In this document: piece by piece, positions 1 to 14,100 of the stretch
Numbering within the stretch: the first letter of the stretch is position 1
How the letters are laid out: every line of letters starts with the position of its first letter
NCBI GenBank assembly: GCA_051294905.1
Contig: CM119371.1
Span: 10,728,001 to 10,792,000 of the forward strand
Reading direction: 5' to 3'
Length of the DNA: 64,000 nt
Source of the DNA: Botryllus schlosseri
Taxonomy: Eukaryota
Program-made: the position numbers and the translations under genes
Notes under the pieces: model-generated
The model's input: the letters and a program-made list of their open reading frames with translations, nothing else
Database searches by the model: none
What the model was told of the DNA's origin: nothing

Positions 1-75
1 TTGTTGGGAGTTGGGAAGAGGGGGGATGAAGACGGATGCGAATGAGTATGTCTCTGTGTTTGCTGGCATGAAGTA

Positions 76-1036
76 GGGGAGATGTGGTACCGATGGATCA
101 CTGGGACCGAAAATACTTGAAAATTCTCCATGATAATTCCATCATTACACTCCGGGAATTTGTCTACAATTACATGCTGACAGAATCTTTCCTCACATGC
201 ACAAAAGTTCGACCTGCGTGAGTTATGGGGTCCGTGACGAATGATTTACGTTTTAGGGGGTGTAAAGTAAATTTGGATCGACATTTGTATTTTTCTATAT
301 CACCTTTCAGACTAACAAACCCGCCATAATTTTTGATGTGAAGTATAGGACTTGTATCAGGGTATATAATGGCACATCTTTTTTGAATCAATACCATCCT
401 CGAGTGGACTGTTTTCAAGTCAATTACAATATTTATGGGGTGGGGGACCTATGGTACCATAGCCAAATCAAACAAAATAAATGGACCAACTAATCACTTA
501 ACAACAGAAACTCGCCTACATATATATAGGCTGTATATCATAGGTGCCTGTGGTATTTTATCGCTATTACGAGGTATTTGAAAGTCAAAATGTCGATTTT
601 CGGGTAATATGCATGTGGCATTGATTTTGTAAGTTTAGTCATAAATCAAAACATGTTTTTATGCCAACATTTCAGTTGATATAATCTATTTTATTCTTGA
701 AGGTCGCGACGAAACATTATTCATTGGCTTGCTGTAGCTTAGCTTATAGTGCACAACAAAACAACTTGACAAATTTGAGTTTTTGAGCGTATGTCTCATA
801 GGTCCCATGGTCGTGTGCCTTTGGACCCACCGGGTGGGGACCGATGACACGTTCGAGCAACAAATTTTAAACGTTTATAAATATTTTTTGAGAAGGCGGA
901 TATTCATGTAAATGTCTGCGATAGGTAGAGCTTGTATCGAAGTGTTGAGACAGCAAAAGATCTGCTATTCTCGGCTGAAGATTTGAAGGCTAGAGATCAT
1001 TTTGCAATTTTTGATCCATCGGTACCACATCTCCCC
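76..1036. mobile_element. Non-autonomous DNA transposon (MITE) with TA TSD, Tc1/mariner-pogo-like
   Basis: Perfect 25-bp TIR GGGGAGATGTGGTACCGATGGATCA at both ends, flanked by TA (74-75, 1037-1038); no coding capacity. Confidence 0.85.
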
Positions 1037-2101
1037 TATTAGTAGTCGGTAGCAGCAGCATGGAGTAGTTGTAGGATATTTCGCGCCCCGCGTGACGAAA
1101 AGTTTCGAGTTTCGACAGATTTTGTCGAATGTTAATGTGCAATGAGAACTTGGGGATCATATATTAAATGTCCTTGCTGCACCCTCTACTGCGACCCCAT
1201 ACCTTCTCCTGAGCCCAGCGCCTTTTTATCGCCCCTTGAGCGTTTCCCCACCCTTCAAAATCCAAATCGGCCCTCAGGGCGCGCTGCGACCATGTAAAAA
1301 ACACTGGTGAACATGCTTCAACGCCAAAAGTGCTGCTATGAATAATATTACATTATTTATATATCATAAATATCGTAGTAAGTGTCAGTCGGATGCAGTA
1401 ATACCAGTGTTTATCAACCTTACCAACCTGCGGGACACTTTCTGATCCGAAAACCTCCGCGCAACATCAAATTTCACTGAGTCATGAAGACATATATCAA
1501 CTCAATACATACCCACTATAGATTACAAATGCCGAAAATGAACTGTGCATCCACATAGAGTTAATAGAACATAATCATGAAAATATGATTTTCACACAAA
1601 AAGAAAACATTATAATGAATATTTTCCTGAGAATTAGTGAGGCTTTTGCTGTCTTCTTCTAACTGCTAGTTCTGAAATGCGGAGCTTCAATTAAAATTGG
1701 GTCATCGTATTGCTCGGCCCAAATGCAACATCTGCGCGTCAACAAGCAAGTTCAGTAAAGTGGAGACGATAGTTCTTCTTCGTCTGGGGTTCACGTGGAC
1801 TCTTTTCTGGTGTTTTTTATTGCGCCAGGTCAATGAATAAATAATGAATGGGTCTCTCTAGTAGGCACGCTGATCAATGGTGAGAATCTGTTATTCTTGA
1901 TTCGAGCTTGTAGTCTGATATATGTGATATGTGGACGGGAAACACAATCGTTTTATTCTTTTTAGGCAGCCCATCGACGTGCTTCTGTATATTTGAATTT
2001 GTGTTAATGTCCTCCGTAGATTCTGTAACTTTTACATGCGAAATCGCATTCATTGCGGTTCTTGTCAATGATGTCCTGATCTTCTCGCTTTAATTATTCA
2101 G

Positions 2102-2193
2102 GGAGAACGAATTGGGAAAATTCGATGATCTTTGGAGAAGTCAGAAAGTGTCTTTACGATGACTATAAAAACGCTGTGTTCCATAAGATATCG
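2102..2193 (+). CDS. Intelectin-like exon (RTNWENSMIFGEVRKCLYDDYKNAVFHKIS)
   Basis: ttcag acceptor, gtgagt donor; resembles intelectin GNWANYNTFG...SDDYKNPGYYDI. Confidence 0.85.
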
Positions 2194-5100
2194 GTGAGTA
2201 TCCCTGTTGTTACCACGCGACTGCCAAGCCGTCGATCACGATACCATATATTAGTATCAGAGTTGATCAGTAACGAAGTATTTCTACTTTTTCGAAGTAC
2301 TCAATTAGTCTTCCTTTACTTCTGGTACTCACTCGAGTAGATATTTTTTCCGCTACTTCTACTTTTACTTCGTAATATTTTGTGAACTACTTACTTTCTT
2401 TTCGCTATTTTCAGTTTGTCAAGTAGAAGTAGTTTATTTCCCAATAAGAAAGATCGCCGAAGAAATTTCGGGGCTGTTTTCACGTAGTACCAACATTTAA
2501 TTTTCATAAAAGTCACGTAATAACCTGAATTTTCGCGCACAGTAGATATGGAGGGACAAATATGTTTTAACGAAAGTATTGTTGAATATAATTCAGATAC
2601 CGGGTTGCGTGGCTCCGTTCACGCCGCATTGTCGCCTATATCATATATTCAATCACAGTAAGTATGCCCCCCCCTCCATAACGTTTGAAACTAACGTTTC
2701 GCAATCTAGCAATTACCTATTACACCTAGCAGCCCTTGACGTGTCCCAATCTGGAAAAGTGGACTTTTACTTTTTTCACGTTAGACCTGTTTTAGCAGAC
2801 CAACGTTGAAACTTTCTGGGCAAAAGACATGAAAGATATTCTCCGCTTTTTAGAAGTAGTATTTGTTTTTTCTTCCAATTATGAGTATTATACGTTAAGT
2901 TCTAATTAAAGTTTCAGTTCTTTTGTCTCGAGAACATACATATTGAAGTATAAAAGCAAGTGTAGTAATGCCTTATATTTTCCAAAAATAAAGCTATACA
3001 CTGTATGGCATTTTACGATCTGCCATATTTTAATTACCTTGTACTTAGAGCGCAAAGTGTTAAAGCGGTATCCGACACAACTTCTCCATATTGCTCTTCG
3101 ACTGAACTAGGGGTCTTATAATATGGGGGAGGGCGCCATGCCATGATATTCTCTAATACGGGGTGCTCGAGTAAAAAAAGGATTAGAATAGTATTTCCAT
3201 ATCAACACTATCATGTAATCCTATGATGCGGACGACTGTTTATTTTGTCAAAACTTGACACCTCATGGTATGCATCAATATGAATCAAGCACTCTACACC
3301 TGCGAACGAATTACCATCGTTTTAACAACTACTTACTTACTTCAGTAGATTTAAAGTCAGTCAATTCTACTTCTACTTCAAGTAGTTTTTGTTTGCTTAT
3401 AAAAGAAGTACTTCTACTGGTACTTGATTATATTTTTTCGTCGCTACTTCTACTTTTACTTGAGCAGCTTTCTTGACTACTTTGACCACCTCTGATTAGT
3501 ATTAAATTGGCGCCTTAAAATTACGTTATATTATAAAGAATTCAGTATGATATGGTGACTGTACGGAAATATTTGATTTTTATCTTCAAATAATAACAGC
3601 AACTAATCTTAGTCGCTACTCTCCTATATAAACGTAGTTACGAATCCATATGCCAAGCTGCCTTGCTTACGTAGCAATATAGTACTATACAATACTATAA
3701 ATGTACCCTCGAACTATAAACTAGAAAATCTGGGGCGAATTTTAGTTTCGGGTGTCTTTAAATTCAGTTACAAATAAGACTAACTTCGTGACGATAAAGT
3801 TAGTATCTTAGCTCATAGGTGATGATATAAATTCGGTAAGGTCGGTTGTAGTCCTACATATTACTATAAACTACATACAGTAATACCATATCACAGTAAT
3901 ACCTTGCAATTGTTGTCTTAGAGTTGGGCCGCCCGTGTGAAGCCACAGACGACTCGTAAGGTCTGAATGAGCAGAGGGAACGATGTAATGATTAGCTCAA
4001 GAGCGCGCCTATTAAAATCGAAAACTTGTATCATCTTAATGATATTTATTGTTATTATCTTACTTGTCACCAATATTCCCTCTAGTTTTCACGAGTCTGC
4101 GCGCAATAACCTATACTTACTGCGCGGACCGTTGGACAACAGTGAGTACGACTAAAAAAGGTCATCACTTCGGATTTTTGTGCGCAACTTAGAGGGAACA
4201 TTGCTTCTCACGTATCAATAATATTGACAATCATCATACCGACAACATTTTCGCCTATAAAAATGATCGGGAGTTGATCTGTTTGCTGTGAATATCATTT
4301 GCTGTGCCTTCTATTTGATTAGGATCTAAAATTGTCGTTTCTTACTAGGATGTTACGGAGAGTAGCTTGGCGTTATTAAGATTATTATATGGGATATTCT
4401 ATCATTACTAAGATACCTGAACTGAAGATTTTCTTTTTATTGTACCCTAACTCATTCGGGAATTACCTCGCGGGCCACTCAAAACTTTCTTGCGGGCCAC
4501 GGGTTGGCCGCTCCTATTCCAGATAGACATTAGAAATAAAGCAATCTTTCGAGGCACATAATCAAAAGTACTTATTGCAGTCCCCTGAGCAGAGAGTGCG
4601 ACTCTGCAGGGATGGTAATGTGGATATGTTACTGTTTTTCAGGCATCAGATGTGATGCTTTGGCACGTTCCGTCTTTCCTGCCTATTTCCAAAGCAAAAA
4701 ATGAAGCGACCCTTCGATATAGGACCGCCAATAAGTTTCTTGGGCGTTATGGAGCCAATTTGAGAAACTTGTTCCGGGATCATTTTCCATTGAAACCAGT
4801 TACAGGTGAATTCTATTTTAAATGGATATTTTCACATCTCGGGTGTGAAATGATGATCGAATAAAACCAATGTGCATAGATCGCCCTGCTAGACGGGTAG
4901 ATGGCATAAATTAAAATGAAACAATTTTTGTCTAATCATGAGTGGATATATTTACTGTCACTCTCGTGTTTCGAGGCATCAAATTAAACTTTGAATCTTT
5001 TTAATATAGAGATATGGTAACTAATAGTAATGTGCTGGCTACCAAAGCTTTATACGGGCACCCCTGCATAACCTCGGTGCCACGTTGACTAATACCTGTA

Positions 5101-8100
5101 CTAAGATATAATGGACTGGAACATTCCATCAATCTCATAAGAAGATAAAGCCAACTGCAATAGTCGTGTGTCAAGTTTTTGTCATAAACTTTAGTTTGTG
5201 TCATCCGGTCTAGAACCACAGTGTCCAACAAGCGGCCGCGGAAAATAATTATGTGGCCTTCAAACTAGATCAGGGGTTCTCAGCCCTTTCTTTGCCGTGG
5301 CCCATTTTCCGGTTTAAAAATGTGCTGTGGCCCACCTGACATCTTGAAGTCATAATCCTGTTTAATTCGTGGTCATGGACAGCGCCGTAATGCCTATTTC
5401 TCTAAAATATGCGCATTTTTCTCTAACTGATGATATTGAAATCTCGATCTCCCGGGATATGAAATCGCGCGAAGCGCGAAAAAAATTTCAAGTGGAATAA
5501 ATATCCTTCAACAAACGACCAACGAAATAATCTTGGGCCCCTCCGAGCTCCCCCAATTGGGGATGTGCGTGCGGCAGTTACGGCCCTGGTAGATCATAAT
5601 CTAAAGTAGATTATTTTCGTCCGCTGCTCCATTCGCGTCGCGAAACACAATGATCAGATCCCCGCACTGTGTAATTGAGACTTTAGTGATTATATTGTGG
5701 GGAATTATTATAATCATTCTGGGCCTGTATCGAACAATTCATGGTGAATGGGGTACTACAGAGAAGTGGAGAAAGATTTTTCAATATGCATGATGTATAC
5801 TTTGTATGTCTTGTACCAAAACAACTGAAGTTGCGATGTCAGAACATTCAATCCAATGATACAATCAATTCCCGTGAGTCTTTCAGTATTTACAATGATT
5901 TCTAGACCGGATATTTTATACCGACTTCTAAGATTAATGCGCTCCGATAAATTCTCAATCCTTTAAGATTCGTTGTTGACGTGGTGCAGTAGCCTATACC
6001 TCCGCCAGAAGATGCAAATAATTTGCAATTATGGCTATGTTTAGCTTGCAATAATACGGCCTGCCGATGTACGGTAAATCTGAACATCAATTGCACTTCA
6101 TTGCAAGTTCATTGCATACCCCTTTCAACGGCATACGACATATGACTTTGCCGGAATACTTGGTTACTTCAGCATTCTCTTCCGGTTATTATACGCTTCA
6201 AACTATTTTAGTTGCTGTTAGCCGTAGGTTGTCATAGCCAGTAGAAAGAGCCACCGTTTCTTCCGAACGTTTTCGATTTGTACATGCTGACTTCATGCTT
6301 GCCATTACGTCTAATCAGAGTCGGATGAAAAGCTTTATGTAGCATACGTATAATTAGATAATACGAATATATTTTTAGCGAATAACATAAGAAATATTAC
6401 TAAACTTACATTAATACTGAAATTTTCAAAATGGCTCTCTGGCCCACTTCAAAATGCGCTGTGGCCCACCAGTGGGCCATGGCGCACCCTTTGAGAACCC
6501 CTGAACTAGATGTTAACGACCTCGAACGTCAACATGCAATTAGGATTTTCGAATTCGCCCTCAAGCCGAAATACAAAATAACAGTATTATAAAGGATTAA
6601 GGTGGCGTAGGCCTATACCTGGCACTGGCATTGATTGTAAACGTCACCGTTATCCCCTTATCTCCGTCAGTATGGAAGGAAAAGCTCTGCCGAGCTTTAA
6701 AGGTTTATGGTTCGTAGGTTTTATTTTCAACAGCTTATCGACCAATGGTGTTGACGTGAATTTATCCTAACGTTTTGTCGAGAATAGGTCTCCTTTATGA
6801 GCATTGTCAATGGCATTTTGAAATGCTCAACAATTGCAAGATTTAGTAGCCAACGAAAATGTATAAAATTCTTTCAAATCTACATTATCCAAAATGCCTA
6901 TTTTTACTGAAATCTGTCAATCTCGCTGTATGAGCTAGCTAAAAAATCTCAATCGCAAAATAAAGTTAAGAAATTCAATCAAATTTTATTCGTACACATA
7001 AAAGACTGGTAAAAATCATATTACAGCAACATCTTTTAGGGTTATTATGTTCATCCTAGATCAAGACTTTCACGACTATCATGTTATACATAAAACCAAA
7101 CCATATATAAATATTTACATAAGATACTCAAATAACGTTGCATTAATTCAATCAGTTTTCTTTGTCATATTAAGTTACTTTGTTGTAGATTGAAAAAATC
7201 ACCTGGAAAACAAAAATGAAAATTTATCTTAAAATTAAATTGTTTCTCATGCGAGAAAGTGTTGAATTTCTTATCATGCTGCCAACGCCATGCGGAGAGT
7301 GGTCCGAAGTTGAAATGCAAGAGTTTCAACCAAACACGTTATAATAACGTGAGAAATTGTATCAGGCCTACATGAAAAAGGTGCACACTGCAGAACCTAT
7401 CAAGGTTCGTTTGTGAACGCGAACCTCGAGATTACAGAGGTTCACATACAGAACGCGAACGTTCACCTCAAGTTCACACAATCCCTAGTTGTTAATATGG
7501 TCAATTATCTATTGATGCACAGTATAAAATTCATAAAAACTTGTGATTCACTATCTCCCACGTGAAATGTTTAGAGAGGGTATGCATATTTAAGGATATT
7601 TAAGGATATGCGTATCTTTGAAACTGGACTCAATTTGGTAAAGTCATATTTCATATACTGATTCAGCAACCTTAAAATCACTAGAAAACATTCGAAGATG
7701 TTCTTCAAAAAAATATTTTTCGATTTTGTTTATCAGTGTAATTTTGCCGAAGTATAATTGAATTCGAGTATTAAAACCAAGTAAAAAGTTAGCTAGTATA
7801 TATTTCCAACAAAAGGACCGGAAAATTCAGACATTTGACGTAAAAGAGTTGATTTTCGAAATTAGTATTCATTCTCGTTTGATTGTTGTAGGATTCAGAA
7901 AGGGTGCGACCGGTATGAAGAGTCTAATTTCCTCTATAATCGAAATGAAGTATCAAAATAAAGGATGGTATTCCTACCCGGTTATACATGGAACAGACAG
8001 AATAAGGGACGAAAAGTTATTTCCTGGTTACATCAACCGAGTGAGTGTTTATCTAATTATGTATCGACGATTTGACTCACAAGCAGTGGCGGCTCGTCCT

Positions 8101-11100
8101 ATAGGGCAACTGGGGCATTGCCCCACCTAAAATTCTGTTCAATAACAATTTAACCATTTATAGACGCACAGCGCTCAATATATACCGAGATCACAGCGAA
8201 ACCCGCGTTCTTCTTGTGCTTTCGCTTGCAAATGCCCATACATAGAGAAGTCTCTGCGAAAATCGAATTCTCTTCTGTGTTTTCGCTTTGTGAATGCCTA
8301 GCCGGGGCTTGCCCCGGTAGCGCTCATAACAAGCTTTCACTATCTATTCTCTCAAAGCCGCGCACAATTAGGAAACGGTGATATACTCTCTCCTATTCGT
8401 AAAATGGCCGAGCAACCGGGGCATATATGCCTGTCGCCCCTAAGGTGTGATGTAACAATCGTATCTATATCTGAACTCGGATACCGTGATATGCGTTGAG
8501 TCGACCTTTGCTGGTATAGGTCGATTTTGATGGCGTTTCACACCATGATAATTCTCGAAACTTGGTATGTCATGTCGTGATGGTGGTATTTAACACTGTC
8601 CTAAGTTTCAGGGTTTCTACTCAAAGTTTAGGGTAGTAATTCCGTTTCCAAAGTCGAGTGTGTGCTGATCCGTCATGTATCGCAAACATTATTATTATTA
8701 TTATTATTATGGAAACAAGTGGCGCTTTCAACCGATGATGGTTATTTGCGCCACGCTCAGTATACGTTCAATGAGGCAATCGGAGAAAAGCAAAGAGATC
8801 AGAGAAATAATTCGCAGGAGAGAATAAATTCTATAACTGGTATAGTTAGGCAATTGAGGGTCAATAGATTTTGTACAGAGAAAGCAACGTTTTCATTGGC
8901 ACAATGAGCAATCAAAAAGCGGCGATGAAATTCAAATTTACGACATTCCATTAGCAAATGTGAAACGGTGTCCGGGACGCAGCATAAAGAACACAAGGGG
9001 GAGTCGACACACCCAATCTTGAATAAATGGGAATTAGGGCGGCAATGACCTGACCGTAGACGAAATAATATTCGATCATAATGACGATCATTCGTGTCGG
9101 GGAGGCGGTTGAAAATTGTATTTGGAAGCTGTTTAAAGAAGGCTCCTTTTTGGTCACGGATGTAATCATTGTTCCAAAGTTGCCGGCAATGCTCGAGTAT
9201 TAAAACTCTTGCGTCTTTTGTTGGTGTGTCTATATTGAATTCAGAAGCTGGCGATTCATCGCTTGCCGCCGCTTTTGCGTGTGCGTCTGCAATTTCATTT
9301 CCCGGGATGCCAACATGCCCTGGTATCCATACGTAATGGATACTTGCACCGATGTTGGTCGCTTGATGGTTCAACGAGGTTATCTCACGCTGGATTCCGG
9401 GTTGACACGAAAGCGATCTTTCACGTATATGCTGGAGGCCACTCAGGCAGTCTGAAAGAATAGCGTAATTAGATGGCTGCCCGCGCTCCACTATCCACCT
9501 CAAGGCGAACAATATCGCCAGCAGTTCTAATGTAAAGCTAGATAGCAGTTTTGAGCAACGCCGTTTGATGACAGTTTGATGATCAGGGATATACGCTGCG
9601 AAGCCCGCGCAGTCGGCGAACTTGGAGCCGTCAGTGTAGATTTCAGTGGCGCTATTGTATATGTCGGAAACATAATCAAGACAAATATGTCGTTGGCTAT
9701 GATCTCGAACTCCTTGCCGGTCAAGGATGGAGACAAGGTTCCTGTCCACTCTGAGGTGATGGACCGTCCACGGTGGCAACGCCGACCATTGGTATCTATT
9801 TACGTTGAGATCTGTGAAAAAGCATTTGGTGAAAGTATTGAAAGAGCGCCGCCTTGGGTTTAGCAGATAGTCTATTTCTTGCCATGAGTCCAACATCAGG
9901 CCTTCGGCTGGGTGGGTACCAGGTGGTCTACTCATTACATGACATCGGTAATTCAGGGAAAGGTGTTTATGTCGAACTTGCACTGGCATTTCCTTGCAGC
10001 TAGCTTGAAGGATGCAGATGGGGGTGCTACGCATCGCGCCGCAGCATATCCGTAGTGCCCGATTTTGTAGGACTTGAATTCGATCTACTTGTGACTTTAC
10101 ACCGAAACCATAGGCAGGGAGTCCGTAATCAATAACCGGGCGTATCAGTGATCTGTAAAGCACAAGCAATGATTGTTTAGACGCGCCCCAATGCGTCCCT
10201 GAAAGAAGTCTAATCAAGTTTAATCGTTTGGTGCATTTCTCTATAACGTGATCAATGTGATGCCTGTAAGACAAGGTCTTATCGAAAACTACTCCGAGGT
10301 ATTTACATTTTTCCACAAAGGAAACCTCTCTACCGCCGATTGTAAGCGATAAAGAGCCCACCTTACGTTTACGAGTGAAAAGCTTTGCTACCGATTTTGA
10401 CATGGATATCGAGAACCCCCAGTTACAGCACCACTCGAAAATGCTGTTAAGCGACGTTTGTATCGATGATAGTAGGTTAGGAATAGAGAGACTGCTTTCC
10501 CATACTGCGCAATCGTCCGCATAGAGACCGTGATCACATTGAATAACTGATGGCAGGTCATTTAGCATTATCGAAAAAAGCAATGGGCTAATAACACTTC
10601 CCTGGGGTGTACCATTCTCTAAAATGTACGTGTCTGATAATGTAGAGCCTATTCGAACTTGGAACGTTCGGTTGGTTAGAAATGAACTAATCCACGAATA
10701 AATGCGACCGGTTATTCCAAGCTGCGCAAGTTTATATAACATTCCTTCGCGCCACATCATGTCATAAGCGCGCTCGATGTCTAGAAACACGGCAATGACC
10801 GAACGCTGACTATTCAAGGCTTTGTAGACTGTGTCGTGGAGTGGGAGAATGTGATCTAATGTGGTTCTACCATGTCTGAATCCGGATTGCGAGGTGTGAA
10901 GGAGCCCTCTCTCCTCGAGGTACCACCGTAGCCTGTTTGTGACCATAGCCTCCATGATTTTGCATAAGTGACTTGTCAATGATATCGGTCGGAAAGACTC
11001 CGGAACGCCAGGGTCTTTGCCATGTTTGAGAAGAGGGATCACTATGGCTTTCTTCCAGGCTTCCGGAACCAGTCCGTCGTGCCATATAGAGTTGAAATGC

Positions 11101-14100
11101 TCTAAGATATGGTTGAGAGCGGTCGCAGATAGGTTCTGCAGCATGGCATAGCAGAGGTCGTCATCGCCAGGAGATGAGTTTCGACGAGATTGAATTGCAT
11201 CCAGCAGTTCTTCCGGATTGAACGGGACATTGATGGGGTCGACGGGCTGAAGTGGTCGAGTATCGGGAGCCGGTCCCACCATGAGGTCTCGATGCAGGAG
11301 AAAACTTTCGGAGTAGGTATCACTGCTGCTGACTCTGGCAAAATATAGTCCTAGTCGATCAGCAATTGATTTGTCGTCCAACAAAGACAGATTGTTCGGG
11401 GTGAAGACTCTAGTTGCTTCCGAAGCCGAGCCACCCGACATGGATCTCACTACGCCCCATACTTTTGATAAATTTGTATTCCGATTCAGCGAGGTACAGA
11501 AGCTTTCCCAACCCTCTCGTTTTGCCGATAGTATGGTGCGTCTGCAGTCAGCGCGTAGTTTCTTGAAGGCTATGACATGATTCAAGCAGAAAGTCCTCTT
11601 CATTTTGAGGAATGCGGCTCTTTTGCGCCGTACCGCTCGGTCGCATTCTGAATTCCACCAAGGAACAGGGTTTTTTGAAGTGTGTTTAGAACGCGGAATA
11701 CTGTTGGTGGATGCTGATATTATCGCCTTAGTGATGAACTCGTTGGTGTCATCAATATTAGAATTCTGATATTCTGCCAGGTTACTGTCAACATGACTGG
11801 AGAAAGCGGCCCAATTTGCTCTTCTCAAAGACCAGGGTTGTCTTTTTGTAGACTTTCTTGTGATCCGCTTCCTATATTCTGTGTGTACTATACAGTGATC
11901 ACTTCCGAGGAGCTGATCACTCACAGATGTGTGACATTTCGAAGCAATATCCGATGAAGCAAGACTTAAATCCAGCAGAGACCAGCGATTAACGGCGTTT
12001 GACGAGATGTTAACGCGAGTCGGGATGGACGAATTTAACAAAACCAGTCCGTATTTATCGATAGCATCAGAGAGGATATCACCCCGTCTGTTTGTGAAGG
12101 TACTCCAGGAAAGATGGTGGGAATTGAAATCTCCCAAGATAAGTGCTTTCGATGACAGATTCCGCAGAAAAGAAAAGTCTTGTTCTCGCGGTTGATAATG
12201 CGGTGGGATATAAATATTGCATATCTGGAGACCGCCCGCGATGATAGCCAAGGCATCGATTTGAGAGGCGGTGACTATTTGGTTCGTGGAAGAGTTTATT
12301 CGATTGCTGACGAAAAAGGCAATCCCCCCAGAATGCGCCGACCTATCATTCCTATAGAGAGTGTATCCTGACAACCTAGGCGAGTATTTTTCAATAAGAT
12401 GAGTTTCCTGAAGAGCAATTACGTCCGGGGGAGTCGCGAGATTATTGATGTAATGCTTGAATTCGAAAAGTTTCCTGTAAATTCCACGGCAGTTCCACTG
12501 CAAAATAAGTAGTGCCGAAGTATACATTTAATTCGGGTTTCGTACCAAGGAAGTCTTCCCAGCCGCGGGTGACGGCACATTCTTCACGCAAAGCCGGTAT
12601 TGGTCTCCATTAATTTTAACGATGCTCCTTAGCTAGATCCGTCATGAGCTTTTACATGGTATGTCTTGATTTTAGTATCGAACGCTGTGCCAAGTCTCAA
12701 GGTTGGCACTCAATGATTAGGGCAGCAATTTCGTTATCAAGTTCGAGTATGGTAGAGATGTGCGCTGATCTGACACTTAGCCTACCTAACGCATTGCGGA
12801 TTTCACGCAAAAGCCGGTGTATCTGTGTTCCATACTGAGATAGGTGATGAGATGATGATATCATGAAACAGTTTACTAACATCCTCGGTTTGCATTCAAA
12901 TATTTAGTTTTATTTTATATTCTCCAATGTCAATTTCACCGTGGAATGGTGGCCTTCGGGCCATTTGCTCACAATTACAACCCCTGTCAAGCGCGATAGC
13001 TGTTTCGTTTTCGATGGCGGCTAACAGCTTATCGCTTGATCAGCCTATTCCTCAGTAAATTTTACGCAAAATTCGGCGTTGATCAATTCGTATTAATTTT
13101 GACAGTGTACCATACCGAAAACGGTCATGAGGCTACTTCTCGATGATTTCATGTAACAGTGTACCAAGTTTTGGCTTTCATCCACGTATTTATTCGGTAA
13201 TATATTTTCCGAAGGCGATTTTGCAGCAGACATATAGACAGTAGACACTATAGACCGTAAGCCGTATGTGTCGTGTGACAATCTCCAGCCTCAAGGTCAA
13301 AATCTCCCAAGCTGTACCGGGACCGAATTTCCGAGGCTGCTATCCGTAGTTCTTCAGAATGATGTTTTGGATTCAATATGACATTTCCTTGTCCAATCTA
13401 TGAGATAACAATTGCGTATGTGTCCGAACTCGTTGACCTTTCCAGTAATGCATACGCAATCTCTCGATTTAAAGTCATTTCCATTTCTGCAGATAAGTAG
13501 TCAGGTCAAGTGCGAACATGAATCGTGTTGAATCTTTGCTCCGTACGCCGTTTAGCCAGCTGCCTTTAGAGCAAAAATTAGAGGTAAAGCGACTAGGTCC
13601 GTATCAGCCTAGAAATTGCCCATTGGTCCAATCGTACGCCGGAGGAAAACGCACTCGTGCTTTTTCTTCAGCGCATTTCGATAAAAATGAATGGCTTACT
13701 TATAGCGAGGATAAAAACGCCTTGTTTTGCTTTTACTGTCTTTTATTCGACAGTGCCGGTACCGGAAGCAGTGGCTCTTGTTGGAACAAAATTGGTTATC
13801 GCGATCTGAAGCATTTGTCAGAGCGTGTGAAAGCGCACCAAAAATCCAAAAATCATTGTTTACGGGAAATTCATGTGACCATCATGAACGTTGAAAAACG
13901 CTACTGTGACGTCATATTGATAACAAGTCGCTTGCGGCCCTTGCCCCACCACCCGATATTGTCACGAGCCGCCACTGCTCACAAGGATATTGTATCGGTA
14001 GTGTAGTCAATATTCAAAATACGCTTCGTAACAACAGTCATACCAATATTACTGGAACATCTTATCATAGGATGTTGTAGAACATGGGACTCCAACACAA

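Larger units (their letters stand above)
8678..12635 (-). mobile_element. Non-LTR retrotransposon, I group (I/Nimb-like), ORF1 missing (probably 5'-truncated)
   Basis: APE-RT-RNase H-CCHC ORF, short 3' UTR with stem-loop, (TAA)n tail at 8688-8710, candidate 11-bp TSD GATCCGTCATG (8667-8677, 12636-12646). Boundaries are less certain than the class. Confidence 0.88.
8084..13977 (+). mobile_element. Internally deleted hAT (Tip100/ZMYM1-like) transposon hosting a LINE insertion
   Basis: 14-bp TIR CAGTGGCGGCTCGT, perfect 8-bp TSD CTCACAAG (8076-8083, 13978-13985), transposase N-terminal fragment from 13518. Confidence 0.9.

Noticed and set aside
4581..4614. Possible micro-exon (cag...gtaatg) before 4643
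   Set aside because: The following intron would be only 28 nt, and 2193 already joins 4643 in frame with continuous intelectin similarity.
6597..7675. Possible Kolobok/piggyBac element bounded by TTAA
   Set aside because: The inverted match beyond TTAAGGT is too short to support.
12528..12635. Self-cleaving ribozyme (HDV-like or hammerhead) at the LINE 5' end
   Set aside because: I could not build the nested pseudoknot or find a CUGANGA core by eye; a covariance-model search would be needed.
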